A stretch of 64,000 bases of DNA. Origin: Gammaproteobacteria bacterium (GTDB lineage Bacteria; Pseudomonadota; Gammaproteobacteria; Arenicellales; JAJDZL01). Positions 1 to 9,953 of this stretch are shown here, piece after piece. The notes beneath the pieces are model-generated. The model was not told where the DNA came from and made no database searches. It was given only the letters and a program-made list of their open reading frames with translations. The stretch's first letter is position 1, and each line of letters begins with the position of its first letter. A program made the translations under genes and the position numbers. The stretch lies in assembly GCA_047517965.1 (NCBI GenBank), contig JAKZRU010000017.1:15122-79121 (forward strand). The letters run 5' to 3'.

Positions 1-396
1 TTGTTCAATTTCAAGTTGATTGTGTTGATTCCGGTCACCTATGGCTGGCTCAAATTCCAATGCTCCGATGGCTCGCCTGCCGACATAACATAGCCTGTCG
101 ACCGGGTTGAAGTCCTGAATTTTTCTGCCTGTTTGTGCCAACCATACATCAATCAACTTGTTACCGAAATTGTCAGGCAATGAATCTGATAGTAATCCCG
201 GTAGGCCTTTGAATGTTTCCCTGTTGAGAGCGGGAAAACCGTACGGCGCTTCGCGTACGGGCATCAGTATTGGCGAAAGTTCGATTCCTGCTGAGAGGAA
301 GCTGGGATCATATTGAAAAAAACCAATGGCACGTTCCATGTCCCACGACACAGCACCGATCCGACGACCCCATAAATTTACTCTTGCATCAGTCAT
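1..396 (-). CDS. hipA: HipA-family toxin kinase, N-terminal part only (gene runs off the left window edge)
   Basis: Own minus-strand translation from ATG at 396 gives MTDARVNLWGRRIGAVSWD...GLPGLLSDSLPDNFGNKLIDVWL...VGRRAIGALEFEP, the HipA N-terminal pattern. The start lies 6 nt downstream of the hipB-like stop. The frame is open to position 1. Confidence 0.8.
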   Translation of the reverse strand, partial: MTDARVNLWGRRIGAVSWDMERAIGFFQYDPSFLSAGIELSPILMPVREAPYGFPALNRETFKGLPGLLSDSLPDNFGNKLIDVWLAQTGRKIQDFNPVDRLCYVGRRAIGALEFEPAIGDRNQHNQLEIEQ

Positions 397-401
397 CCAC
401 T

Positions 402-731
402 CTAGTCTCCCCAAATCCAGGGTTCTTCCGAATCTCTGACTTTTCTGGACCTTGCACGCTTGCGGACTGATTGACGAGAGTCTACTCGCTCAATGGGTCG
501 AATGTTTTGAGAAGGTATGGAATTGAGAACATCATCTGCCAATTCAAGTGCGATCACTATTCGTAGAAAGCTGTCTAGTGTAGTAGACTCACCGGATTCC
601 AACCGGCGAACCGTACGTACTCCAACCCCTGCTTCCTTTGCGAGTTCTGTTTGTGTGATGTTTCGGGTGAGGCGAATTTTTGCCAGACGGAATCCGAGTT
701 CGGCTTGAAGCGCGTAAGAGGTTGTAAACAT
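402..731 (-). CDS. hipB: XRE-family helix-turn-helix antitoxin/repressor (HipB-like)
   Basis: 109-aa ORF with an HTH_3 pattern (IRLTRNITQTELAKEAGVGVRTVRRLESGE). It lies immediately upstream of the hipA-like gene and on the same strand. Confidence 0.8.
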   Translation of the reverse strand: MFTTSYALQAELGFRLAKIRLTRNITQTELAKEAGVGVRTVRRLESGESTTLDSFLRIVIALELADDVLNSIPSQNIRPIERVDSRQSVRKRARSRKVRDSEEPWIWGD

Positions 732-783
732 TTATCTCATTTAATAGGTCATTTTTGTCATATTAATACTTATATTACTTATT

Positions 784-879
784 ATAGGCAATTAATAGCC
801 TTTTATATATAATATATTAATAAATCATATATGGCCTATAAACTTGATAAAATCACGTTATAGGCTATATATTGCCTAT
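784..879. promoter_or_regulatory. Candidate HipB operators in an AT-rich promoter region
   Basis: ATAGGC-N8-GCCTAT is a perfect inverted repeat at 860-879. ATAGGC-N8-GCCTTT at 784-803 is imperfect, and there is an extra GCCTAT at 834-839. The 6-N8-6 geometry matches the E. coli hipBA operators (TATCC-N8-GGATA). The region lies upstream of hipB on the minus strand. Confidence 0.5.
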
Positions 880-1373
880 TAATTATAAAAATATATCTGT
901 GCGTCGCAGAAAAGCGATTTCTTCTAACCGATGTAACCCCCATCCGAAAACTGTCACTTTAGTCGGCAGCAGTCAAAGTGGATGCAGAATGCAACCAATG
1001 AGTTTGAAACCTTTCACTATCCCATACCCGACACGGAATTTATCTTTGGGTTTTCGCGATCTCGCCGGCAGTTGAACGACAATACCGTAGGGCGCTTCTT
1101 GCTCGGATGATTTCGTAAATTCGACCCGAAGAGCACAATAATGTCTTAAAAATTCCTAAAGCACCACTCTCTCCAAACTAAAATGCTAGAAAATGACTTT
1201 TTTATACTTAAGTACCCAATATGAAATTATTTCCATGTCGGGGAGAATTCATTCCAGTCCTGTCTGTTTCATGTTGTACAGTTCGTCAAATCAATATTCA
1301 CCGCACCGCATTGATATTATTTGCATCGTTATTTGGCAATCGTAGTGCGGTGTATATCAAAGGAGAAAATGCT

Positions 1374-1580
1374 ATGTCAAATCGACTACTCACCAAGAGC
1401 AAGAGTCTTGAACGCTCAGATACCCATGTCGATACGCTTGAGGAGGTATTGGCACGTCCGGGCACACGCGAAGCATTGAAAGTTATTCATGGATGGCGGG
1501 ACCAAGACGGAGTATTCGGACCGCCTAGAAGTATAAGTCCAACGGATTCGATAAAAGTAGCGACAACCAATCGTACATAA
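1374..1580 (+). CDS. Hypothetical small protein (68 aa)
   Basis: An internal ATG of the 1221-1580 ORF is preceded by a strong Shine-Dalgarno sequence (AAAGGAGAAAATGCTATG). No recognisable family. Confidence 0.3.
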   Translation: MSNRLLTKSKSLERSDTHVDTLEEVLARPGTREALKVIHGWRDQDGVFGPPRSISPTDSIKVATTNRT

Positions 1581-1803
1581 ATTTCCGTCAAACTGATTGC
1601 AAAGGAGGGTTAAGTACCCATCTGAAGAGAATTTCTCAAAAAAATAGTGCAACCACAAGAGGAATACCAATCAGAAGACATTTATGCTCTTATGCGCAAT
1701 ATATTGAATCGTATAGGTAAATTAAGGTTCTAATACGCTAGTCAGTCGGTAAGTTAAACTCATCCGGCATACTAACGAATGATTCAAAGTAAATTTCGAA
1801 CTT

Positions 1804-3864
1804 TTGAGCAACCGAAAACACATGGACAACAGCAAAGACCCGTTGCTACAGCCTTTTCGGTTGAAGCATCTTGAACTGCGTAACAGAATCATCAGCACCA
1901 GCCACGAGCCAGCATATTCTGAGGACGCACTCCCAAAACTTCGTTATCAACTGTATCACGAAGAAAAAGCCAAAGGCGGCATCGCCATGACCATGTTCGG
2001 CGGCTCTACGCTGGTTGACCGTGATTCTCCGCCCGCTTTCGGCAATCTTTATGCCGGATCCGACGAAATTGTTCCGTACTTCAAGCAACTTTCGAACAGA
2101 GTGCATAGCCAGGGTGCCGCGCTGATGTGTCAGATTACCCATCTTGGACGGCGAACTTCCCCTTATGTTGAAGATTGGCTGCCGACTGTCGCAGCATCAT
2201 GCGTACGCGAGCCAGCGCATCGATCGTTTCCAAAAGAATTGGAGCATGAAGATATGCGGCGGATCGCAAAAGCTTACGGTTCGGCAGCAAGGAGATGCCT
2301 TGAAGGCGAAATAGATGGCATTGAAATCGAAGGGTATGGGCACCTACTTGATGGATTCTGGTCACCGCTCACCAATCGACGTAGTGACGAGTATGGCGGC
2401 AGCCTCGAAAATCGACTTCGATTTACTCTGGAGGTGATTAATCAAATCCGAAATCAGGTCGGCAGCGACTACATCGTGGGAATTCGCATGGTAATTGACG
2501 AAGATCTGCATGGAGGAATTGAATTTGAGGAAGGCATGAAAATTGCCGAAATTCTCACCGATACCGGCCACCTGGATTTCATCAACGTTATCAAAGGGCA
2601 TGTGGATACCGATGAAGGATTGTCCCATGTGATTCCGAATATGGGTTCTCCGTCCGGCCCTCATCTTGAATTCACTTCGGCAGTCCGTTCAAATTTGAAA
2701 CTGCCGGTCTTTCACGCTGCACGAATTGCGGATGTAGCCACTGCAAGACACGCAGTCGCGAGCGGGTGCGTAGACATGGTCGGTATGACTCGCGCACACA
2801 TGGCGGATCCTCATATTGTACAAAAAATCGAGCGCGGTATGGAAGATCAGATACGGCCCTGTGTTGGTGCCGGTTACTGTATAGACCGAATTTACTTGGG
2901 GCTTGAAGCCTTGTGCATTCACAATCCATCAACCGGACGTGAAGAAACAACACCGCACCTCATCACACCAGCTGCTGACAAGAAAAGAGTGGTCGTAATT
3001 GGTGCTGGACCCGCTGGACTGGAAGCGGCAAGAGTATGCGCTGAAAGAGGTCACGATGTGGTACTGTTTGAAGCAGTAGATCAGCCCGGCGGACAATTAA
3101 ATATTGCCGCCCGTGTGGAAAGAAGACGGGAAATCATGGGAATCATTGACTGGCGATATGGACAACTTCAGCGACTGTCTGTGGAAACGAGGTTCAGCTG
3201 TTTTGCTGAGCACAGCGATGTCATCAATGAAAATCCAGATGTCGTGATCGTCGCTACAGGTGGAACTCCAAATTGCTCGTTCATGAAATTCGGAGGTGAA
3301 TTTGCGACAACTACTTGGGATATTCTGACTGGAATGACAGTGCCCCACGACAACGTACTTGTGTACGACGACAACGGACAACATCAAGCGCTTTCGTGTG
3401 CCGAGTTCATCACGCTCAAAGGATCTGCAGTAAAAATTGTAACACCTGACCGAAATGTAGCTCAGGAAGTCGGCGGTACAAATTATCCGATTTACCTGAA
3501 ACAGTTTTATGAACGAAATGTCGAGATGATCGTCAATCAACGCCTACTCGGCATCAAACAGAAAAACGGAATGCTGACGGCAACTTTTTACAATGAATAT
3601 GACCATTCGACGAGTGCAATGGAAGCCTCACAGATCGTCGTCGAACATGGCACGCTGCCGAATGACGAAATCTACTTTGATCTCAAAGGTGAATCAATAA
3701 ATCTCGGGGTTGTCGATATTGAGGCTCTGGTCGCAGGATCACCTCAATCCACAGTGCTGAATCCGCATGGCTCGTACCAACTCTTCAGAGTCGGAGACGC
3801 CGTATCCAGTCGAAACATTCATGCAGCGATTTACGACTCGCTCAGACTTTGCCAGCACCTTTGA
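1804..3864 (+). CDS. FMN (Old Yellow Enzyme-type) oxidoreductase fused to an FAD/NAD(P)-binding domain; 2,4-dienoyl-CoA reductase / N-methylproline demethylase-like
   Basis: 686 aa. The N-terminal OYE pattern is LLQPFRLKHLELRNRIISTSHEP...QITHLGRR. A later Rossmann motif is VVVIGAGPAGLEAA. The start may be ATG 1822 rather than TTG 1804. Confidence 0.8.
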   Translation: MSNRKHMDNSKDPLLQPFRLKHLELRNRIISTSHEPAYSEDALPKLRYQLYHEEKAKGGIAMTMFGGSTLVDRDSPPAFGNLYAGSDEIVPYFKQLSNRVHSQGAALMCQITHLGRRTSPYVEDWLPTVAASCVREPAHRSFPKELEHEDMRRIAKAYGSAARRCLEGEIDGIEIEGYGHLLDGFWSPLTNRRSDEYGGSLENRLRFTLEVINQIRNQVGSDYIVGIRMVIDEDLHGGIEFEEGMKIAEILTDTGHLDFINVIKGHVDTDEGLSHVIPNMGSPSGPHLEFTSAVRSNLKLPVFHAARIADVATARHAVASGCVDMVGMTRAHMADPHIVQKIERGMEDQIRPCVGAGYCIDRIYLGLEALCIHNPSTGREETTPHLITPAADKKRVVVIGAGPAGLEAARVCAERGHDVVLFEAVDQPGGQLNIAARVERRREIMGIIDWRYGQLQRLSVETRFSCFAEHSDVINENPDVVIVATGGTPNCSFMKFGGEFATTTWDILTGMTVPHDNVLVYDDNGQHQALSCAEFITLKGSAVKIVTPDRNVAQEVGGTNYPIYLKQFYERNVEMIVNQRLLGIKQKNGMLTATFYNEYDHSTSAMEASQIVVEHGTLPNDEIYFDLKGESINLGVVDIEALVAGSPQSTVLNPHGSYQLFRVGDAVSSRNIHAAIYDSLRLCQHL

Positions 3865-4998
3865 ATGACTGCAACAACTCTTGATGCTGCAATCATCGGC
3901 GGCGGCATCGCGGGTGCCTCCGTCGCAGCCTTTCTCGCGCAAGATGGCGTCAAAACCGGCTTGTTCGAGATGGAAAATTCGCTCGCGTATCACACGACTG
4001 GACGCAGTGCCGCACTTCTGACACCTTATTATGGACCTGGCTCCATGCAAGCGTTTGCGTCTATCGCCAGACCCTTTTTTGAAAATCCACCAGTTGAAAC
4101 GGATGACCCTCTGATAACACCGAAGAATCTGCTTACAGTCACGGACGAAAAACACGTTCAACTCGTGGAACGCCCCCCTTCCAGTCTATGGTGGAGCGAA
4201 GCAGAGTGCCTGAAACAGGTGCCTTTTCTGAAACAGGGCAAGTTCGTTGGCGCCGTTGTTGACACCCAGGTGGCAAGCATCGACGTTCATGCCTTGCACT
4301 CCCTGTATCTAAAAATGTTTACGAATGGCGGTGGGCAAATATTCAGAGATGCAAATATTTCCACACTGGAGCAGAATTCATCAGGCGTTTGGGAATTTGA
4401 GATAAAAGGCGAAAAATTCCAGTCCCCCATCATCATCAATGCTGCAGGGGCTTGGGGAGATCAAATGGCGGGCATGGCAGGCATCGGACCTGTCGGACTA
4501 GTTCCAAAACGCAGGACGGTACTGGTTGTCGATGACAGTCAGTTCACCGGAACTGACTTCAACTCGCTGCCCTTCGTTGTCGTCGAACCGAACTATGTGT
4601 ATTTCCAAAATTTCGGCTCTGGCAAACTGATGATCTCGCCGGCCGATCAAACTCCGAGTAAACCCTGCGATGCACAGCCCGACGAACTGGATATTGCCAT
4701 CGGCGCTTCAAGATTTGAGGAGGTCACGACGTTGAACATCCGACGTATTGACCATAGCTGGGCCGGATTGAGGACTTTCTCTCTGGACAACAATCCAGTT
4801 ATCGGGTGGGAACCGAATCGAGAAGGATTCTTCTGGCTGGTTGGGCAGGGAGGTTATGGAGTCTTTTCGTCGCCCGCTATTGGTCGTTATGCAGCATCTC
4901 TTGTCGTAGATTCCAAGCTGCCGAAGGCATATCAGGAATCAGACTATCCATTCGGGGCATTGTCTCCCGATCGATTCAGGCTAACTTTGAGTTTCTGA
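3865..4998 (+). CDS. FAD-dependent oxidoreductase (DAO/glycine-oxidase-like family)
   Basis: 377 aa with the N-terminal dinucleotide fold AAIIGGGIAGASVAAFLA. The ATG directly abuts the upstream stop (TGAATG), which suggests an operon with the previous gene. Confidence 0.75.
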   Translation: MTATTLDAAIIGGGIAGASVAAFLAQDGVKTGLFEMENSLAYHTTGRSAALLTPYYGPGSMQAFASIARPFFENPPVETDDPLITPKNLLTVTDEKHVQLVERPPSSLWWSEAECLKQVPFLKQGKFVGAVVDTQVASIDVHALHSLYLKMFTNGGGQIFRDANISTLEQNSSGVWEFEIKGEKFQSPIIINAAGAWGDQMAGMAGIGPVGLVPKRRTVLVVDDSQFTGTDFNSLPFVVVEPNYVYFQNFGSGKLMISPADQTPSKPCDAQPDELDIAIGASRFEEVTTLNIRRIDHSWAGLRTFSLDNNPVIGWEPNREGFFWLVGQGGYGVFSSPAIGRYAASLVVDSKLPKAYQESDYPFGALSPDRFRLTLSF

Positions 4999-5016
4999 CC
5001 AAGGATACCGACACAA

Positions 5017-6150
5017 TCACACATTGGACAGCGACTGGCGCAGGTCCTCAATTAGATCTTCAACATCTTCAATTCCCACGGACAGTCGGATCAGATTGAT
5101 AGGAACTTGACTGTGCGGGCCTTCGACCGACCTTCTGTGTTCGATCAGGCTTTCGACTCCACCCAATGACGTCGCCCGAACGAAAACCTGCGTCGAAGAG
5201 ACGAATTTACGTGCAACTTCAGCTCCGCCCTTGACTTGAACAGACATCATTCCACCAAAACCGTTAGTCATCTGTTTTTTGGCGATTTCGTGAGATGAAT
5301 GACTCGGAAGTCCCGGATAAAGCACTTTTTCGATCGCTTCGTGAGATTCAAGAAATTCAGCAATTTTCATGGCATTGGCAGATGATCGTTCATAGCGAAT
5401 GGCGAGCGTTCTCATTCCTCTCAATAGGAGCCATGCTTCGAATGACCCTAATATTCCGCCTGTTAGCCGCCGCACTTCATCGATTTCTTCCCACTTCGAG
5501 GTTAACTCCCGCGTAACCAGCACACCAGCGTTCAGGTCACTGTGTCCGTTAAGATATTTCGTCGCGGAGTGAAACACGATGTCGGCCCCCAGTTCCAACG
5601 CACGGGTAGTAACGGGCGGAGCCGCGGTACAGTCGACTGCCAGAATTGCATCGGCTGTATGTGCTTGCTCAGCGCTTTTTTCGATATCGAGCACATCCCA
5701 AGATGGGTTGATCGGAGATTCAATCCACACCACGGTTGTCTTGCCTGGACGAAGGGCATCACCCAGCGCTTCCGGATCAGTCGGGTCAAACAGCGTCAAT
5801 TCGATTCCCCTTTTGGCTGAAATTCGCTTGAGCCAGTCGATAGTGCCGTGATACATAACTTTTGGAGCGACGATGTGCTCGCCCATGTTTACCGTCTCGA
5901 ACAACGCCGCAATGGCCGCAAGTCCGGAGGCAAAAAATCGAGCCTGCTTGCCACCTTCCATTTTGCAGATGATTTCTTCTAGCTGCTTATAGGTTGGATT
6001 ACTGTATCTGCCATAGACGTAGTCACCGATCAATTCCAGATTTTCATCTCTAGCGAAAGTTACTGACGGTTCAATCGGAGGAACGATCCCGCCGCTGTCA
6101 GAGTCTATGAAATGGCCCGCTTGAGCCAGCAAAGTCTTGAAGTCAGTCAT
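5017..6150 (-). CDS. PLP-dependent trans-sulfuration enzyme (cystathionine gamma-synthase/beta-lyase family)
   Basis: 377 aa with the Cys/Met-metabolism PLP pattern, including DIVFHSATKYLNGHSD (Schiff-base lysine context). Confidence 0.85.
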   Translation of the reverse strand: MTDFKTLLAQAGHFIDSDSGGIVPPIEPSVTFARDENLELIGDYVYGRYSNPTYKQLEEIICKMEGGKQARFFASGLAAIAALFETVNMGEHIVAPKVMYHGTIDWLKRISAKRGIELTLFDPTDPEALGDALRPGKTTVVWIESPINPSWDVLDIEKSAEQAHTADAILAVDCTAAPPVTTRALELGADIVFHSATKYLNGHSDLNAGVLVTRELTSKWEEIDEVRRLTGGILGSFEAWLLLRGMRTLAIRYERSSANAMKIAEFLESHEAIEKVLYPGLPSHSSHEIAKKQMTNGFGGMMSVQVKGGAEVARKFVSSTQVFVRATSLGGVESLIEHRRSVEGPHSQVPINLIRLSVGIEDVEDLIEDLRQSLSNV

Positions 6151-6156
6151 GTCAAA

Positions 6157-6822
6157 CTAGTTTCCATAAATTGAATATTGTTCACCCGCAACAACCTGTT
6201 GGACCCGTTCAATCAAATCCAATGGCTGATGCACCTCGTAGTCTGGATTGGCAGTTCGGAGCCACTCTATGCCGTGCCACCCCCAACTGACAGCTATGGT
6301 AGCCACGCCAGCGATTTTTCCCTGCTCGATATCACTTACAGTGTCTCCAACCATACAGGCTTTGTCCAACCTACTCTCAATTCCCTGAATTATGGACTTG
6401 ATCTTAACGGACTTGGCTCCTGGCATATCGCCACTGGCAATGTGGCGGACGAACTGTTCAATCCCGTTATTCTGGAGAACCTTGGAAATTACCGGTCTTG
6501 ATGTCGCGGACACAATCCCCAGAATTCCTACCCTACTGAGTTTTTCGATCACATCCGTCATGTGTGGAAAAATCGGAATCTCATTAGCCCTGCGAATCAG
6601 TTCATCGTCAATTTCCGTAACAAATGCGCGCATCAGTTTTTTCTCAATGCCAGCAACATGACTGATTTCCAGAATGGACATACGTTTGATATTTCTCAAA
6701 TCTTCCGGCTCGAAGGAAACGCTTCGATTCAGTTTTCTACCAGCAACGTTGACAGCCTCGGAAAACAATTCGATCGAGTCTACGATTACTCCATCGAAAT
6801 CAAGGAGAATAGTTGAATTCAC
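6157..6822 (-). CDS. HAD-superfamily hydrolase (phosphoglycolate-phosphatase-like), intact copy
   Basis: 221 aa. HAD motif I is LLDFDGVIVDS and motif IV is MVGDTVSDI. GTG start. Confidence 0.85.
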   Translation of the reverse strand: MNSTILLDFDGVIVDSIELFSEAVNVAGRKLNRSVSFEPEDLRNIKRMSILEISHVAGIEKKLMRAFVTEIDDELIRRANEIPIFPHMTDVIEKLSRVGILGIVSATSRPVISKVLQNNGIEQFVRHIASGDMPGAKSVKIKSIIQGIESRLDKACMVGDTVSDIEQGKIAGVATIAVSWGWHGIEWLRTANPDYEVHQPLDLIERVQQVVAGEQYSIYGN

Positions 6823-6888
6823 AAAATTATCTAGCTTAAATGATCGACTTCAACCAGTATGAACTGCTATCAGCTATGACCGTAACGA
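6307..6888. repeat. Direct repeat copy 1 (5' three-quarters of the HAD gene plus 66 bp upstream)
   Basis: Hand alignment to 14291-14885. I estimate about 93% identity by eye. Relative to copy 2 there is one 1-nt indel and one 14-bp tandem duplication. Confidence 0.9.
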
Positions 6889-6993
6889 CCTGGAATATGT
6901 TCCGAATGGTCTCCGTTTAACAATTTCCGGGTGGACGCGCCTCAGTCATGTTCGACGTAAGTTGTAATCTTAATTCGCGTGAATACCCTCGGT

Positions 6994-9051
6994 CTACCCG
7001 AACTTCGCGGCGCCGGCGTCCGCCGTCTGGTCTTGCATGTCACGCAACTCGGCCAGTGGAATATGACAGCGAATCGCATGGCCGAGCTCCGTGGGCCGCC
7101 AAGGTGGTGTCTCATTGTCACAGATGTCGCCGATACGTCGGGGGCACCGGCACTGGAAAGGGCAACCCCTAGACGGTGGATAGAGGTCCACCGCATCCTC
7201 AGTGGTCAAAGCCGGTTTGGCGTCCGGATCGGGCTCCAGCACCGCGCCGAGCAGCACTTCGGTGTAGGGGTGGGAGGGAAGGCGATAGACGTTTTTAGCC
7301 GGACCCGTCTCGCAGAGTCTGCCTTGGTAGAGCACCGCCACGCGATCGGCCATGGCACGCACCACCGCCAAGTCATGCGAGACAAGAACATAGGATGTCC
7401 CATGATCGGCTTGGAGCTGGGTCAACAGGTCCAGGACGGCGGCCTGAACCGAAACATCGAGTGCCGACGTCACCTCATCGCACAGCACTAGTTCGGGCTT
7501 GGCGGCAAAGGCCCGCGCCACCGCAACACGCTGCTTTTCGCCGCCAGACAACTGACTCGGCAGGCGCTCCAGATAATCCGCACCAAGGCGCACCCGCTCC
7601 AGCAACGCCACACTGTGCTCTCGCAATTCTTCGCCGCCAAGACCGAAATAAAGCTTCAGCGGCTGAGCCAGGATTTCCGCCACTGTGTGTCGCGGATTAA
7701 GGGAGGCATCCGGGTTCTGGAAGATGAGCTGAACGCGTCTCAGCAGGTCCTTCGCTCGCTTATCGACCGAGGTGTTCAAACTTTCGGTCTCCTCGTAAGT
7801 GATGGTTCCGCTCTGCAGGGGCCAAAGGCCGGCAATGGTCCGGAGGATCGTCGACTTGCCACTTCCGGATTCGCCCACCAACCCGATGGTTTCCCTTGGG
7901 CGAATAGTCAAATCGATCTCGTCGACGGTTGGCGTTACATCGGGTTGCCGACCAAGGATCTGGTCAAGAAATCTGGGCTTAGCATAGCTGATAGCCACGT
8001 TATCGAGGCGAAGGATGCAGTCTGTTTGGTCCTGGTCCGATCGGTTCGGCCGCTTCGGCGGTTCCGGTGTCGGGAGTCGCTCGATCCGTTCGTAAAAATG
8101 GCAGCGCACCAATTCCTGGGCGGCAGTGGATTCCAGCGCTGGCCTCTCATCACGACAGCGCTGCTCGGCCATGGGACAGCGATCCGCAAATGCGCATCCT
8201 TCGCCCGTTCCGCCGGGAGGAGGCGGCCGGCCCGGCATTGATTCGGGAATAACCGCTTCTTTTATCCGCGGAATCGACAACAACAGCCCGCGGGCATAGG
8301 GATGCGCTGGCTGCTTCAACACCTGGTGCGCCGGACCCTCGAGCACAATTTCCCCTGCATACATGACGGCCATGCGGTCGCTGACCCGCGCAATGGCACC
8401 CATGTCGTGGCTGACATAGATCATCGCAGTTCCGGTCTCGGCCGCCAAATCGCGCAACAACTCGAGGATATGGGCTTGAGTGGTGACGTCGAGGCCAGTC
8501 GTCGGCTCGTCGAGCAACAGAACATCGGGTTCGCCCGCCAACGCCATGGCGACGGCGACGCGCTGTTGCTGGCCGCCCGAGAGCTCGTGGGGATAGCGCT
8601 TCAGCAGCTCCTCCGGTCGTGGCAACCGCACCTGAAACAACAATTCGATAACACGTTCACGCCGATGCTCTTTTGCAAGCTTGGTGTGCAGTTTCACCGA
8701 CTCTTCGATCTGCCGGCCGATCCTCGAAGTCGGCGTTAACGACTGGCCGGCATTTTGCGGAATCAGCGCGAGTTCACCGCCGCGAATGCCTTGGAGGACC
8801 CGCTTGTCCATTTTAAATACGTTGCGACCACGAAACTGGGATTCGCCTTCCAAGACGTGGAGGCCACTCTTCAGGTAACCCATCATAGCAAGGGCCAGGG
8901 TGCTCTTGCCGCACCCTGATTCGCCAACTAGTCCAATCGTCTCGCCCTCGCCAATCGCCAGATCGATGTTCCGCAGGATCGGCATTACGAGTCGCGCTTG
9001 GCCAGTAAAGCCTATGCCCAGGTTCTTTACTTGGACCAGCGGTTCGCGCAT
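6994..9051 (-). CDS. Fused double ATP-binding protein of a peptide/nickel-type (Dpp/Opp) ABC importer
   Basis: Two Walker A motifs (GESGCGKST and GESGSGKST), two LSGG signatures, and Cys-rich oligopeptide-type C-terminal tails. Start set at MREPLVQVKNLG (ATG 9051), because the longer ORF to 9297 overlaps the upstream permease gene. Confidence 0.85.
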   Translation of the reverse strand: MREPLVQVKNLGIGFTGQARLVMPILRNIDLAIGEGETIGLVGESGCGKSTLALAMMGYLKSGLHVLEGESQFRGRNVFKMDKRVLQGIRGGELALIPQNAGQSLTPTSRIGRQIEESVKLHTKLAKEHRRERVIELLFQVRLPRPEELLKRYPHELSGGQQQRVAVAMALAGEPDVLLLDEPTTGLDVTTQAHILELLRDLAAETGTAMIYVSHDMGAIARVSDRMAVMYAGEIVLEGPAHQVLKQPAHPYARGLLLSIPRIKEAVIPESMPGRPPPPGGTGEGCAFADRCPMAEQRCRDERPALESTAAQELVRCHFYERIERLPTPEPPKRPNRSDQDQTDCILRLDNVAISYAKPRFLDQILGRQPDVTPTVDEIDLTIRPRETIGLVGESGSGKSTILRTIAGLWPLQSGTITYEETESLNTSVDKRAKDLLRRVQLIFQNPDASLNPRHTVAEILAQPLKLYFGLGGEELREHSVALLERVRLGADYLERLPSQLSGGEKQRVAVARAFAAKPELVLCDEVTSALDVSVQAAVLDLLTQLQADHGTSYVLVSHDLAVVRAMADRVAVLYQGRLCETGPAKNVYRLPSHPYTEVLLGAVLEPDPDAKPALTTEDAVDLYPPSRGCPFQCRCPRRIGDICDNETPPWRPTELGHAIRCHIPLAELRDMQDQTADAGAAKFG

Positions 9052-9059
9052 CGCGTGAT

Positions 9060-9953
9060 CTAGACCGGCGCCTTTTGGGCTCGATCGACACCCAAGGCCT
9101 TGCCGAGAGCGTCGGCGCTCAAGTTGATCCCGATAATCAGCGAACTGAGCGCAACGACAGGTGCCAGCGCCGCCCACGGCGCGAACGACATGAAGCTTCG
9201 CGCATTGGAAATCATCAGGCCCCAATCCGGCGTGGGTGGCGTGACGCCGAACCCAAGAAATGACAGCGAACTGAACGCCAGCAACATCCATGACCAACGC
9301 ATGGCGCCTTCGACCAGCAGAACGTCCAGCACGTTGGGCACGAGCTCACGCCAAACCATTGTCGACCGACTCTCGCCTCGTGCTCGGGCAGCCGTCACGA
9401 AGTCGAGTGCTACCACATCGTGCGTCGCCGCACGCGCCATCCGTATCACCGGGATGCCGTAGAAAAATCCCAAGGTTAGAATCAGCACGCCGGAGCCGAA
9501 ACCGACTATGACAACGACCAAGAGCAAGACCAGGATCCATGGCAGACAGAGAAAGGCATCGACGAGACGCATCAGGACCTCGTCGAGCCACCCGCCGACG
9601 AGGCCAAGTAAAACGCCCAACAATCCACCCCAAGTGATGGCGAGGATCGTGGAAATGGTTGTCACGAGTAACGCCTGTCGCCCCCCGAGCATGGTACGCG
9701 TGAATACGTCGCGTCCAAGGTCATCGGTGCCAAACCAGTGCTCGGAGGACGGCGCGTTAAGGATAATCTCAGCACTCAATTCTCTGAAATCGTACGGCGC
9801 GATCGCAGGCGACACGATTGCCAGGACGACGTGGAAAGCCACGAGAATAAGACCCACGAGGCCCGAGGGCCGGGAGACCATCGCCAATAGAACAGCCAGC
9901 AACCTGACGAGCGCACTCTTCGGTCTGACGGGCTCCATGTTCATCGCCGTCAT
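9060..9953 (-). CDS. ABC transporter permease (DppC/OppC-like)
   Basis: 297-aa polytopic membrane protein. It overlaps the upstream permease gene by 4 nt. Confidence 0.85.
   Translation of the reverse strand: MTAMNMEPVRPKSALVRLLAVLLAMVSRPSGLVGLILVAFHVVLAIVSPAIAPYDFRELSAEIILNAPSSEHWFGTDDLGRDVFTRTMLGGRQALLVTTISTILAITWGGLLGVLLGLVGGWLDEVLMRLVDAFLCLPWILVLLLVVVIVGFGSGVLILTLGFFYGIPVIRMARAATHDVVALDFVTAARARGESRSTMVWRELVPNVLDVLLVEGAMRWSWMLLAFSSLSFLGFGVTPPTPDWGLMISNARSFMSFAPWAALAPVVALSSLIIGINLSADALGKALGVDRAQKAPV

Noticed and set aside
9052-9297. N-terminal 82-aa extension of the ABC ATPase ORF.
   Set aside because: The extension overlaps the upstream permease gene by about 240 nt and has no ABC features. 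The conserved N-terminus begins at MREPLVQVKNLG.
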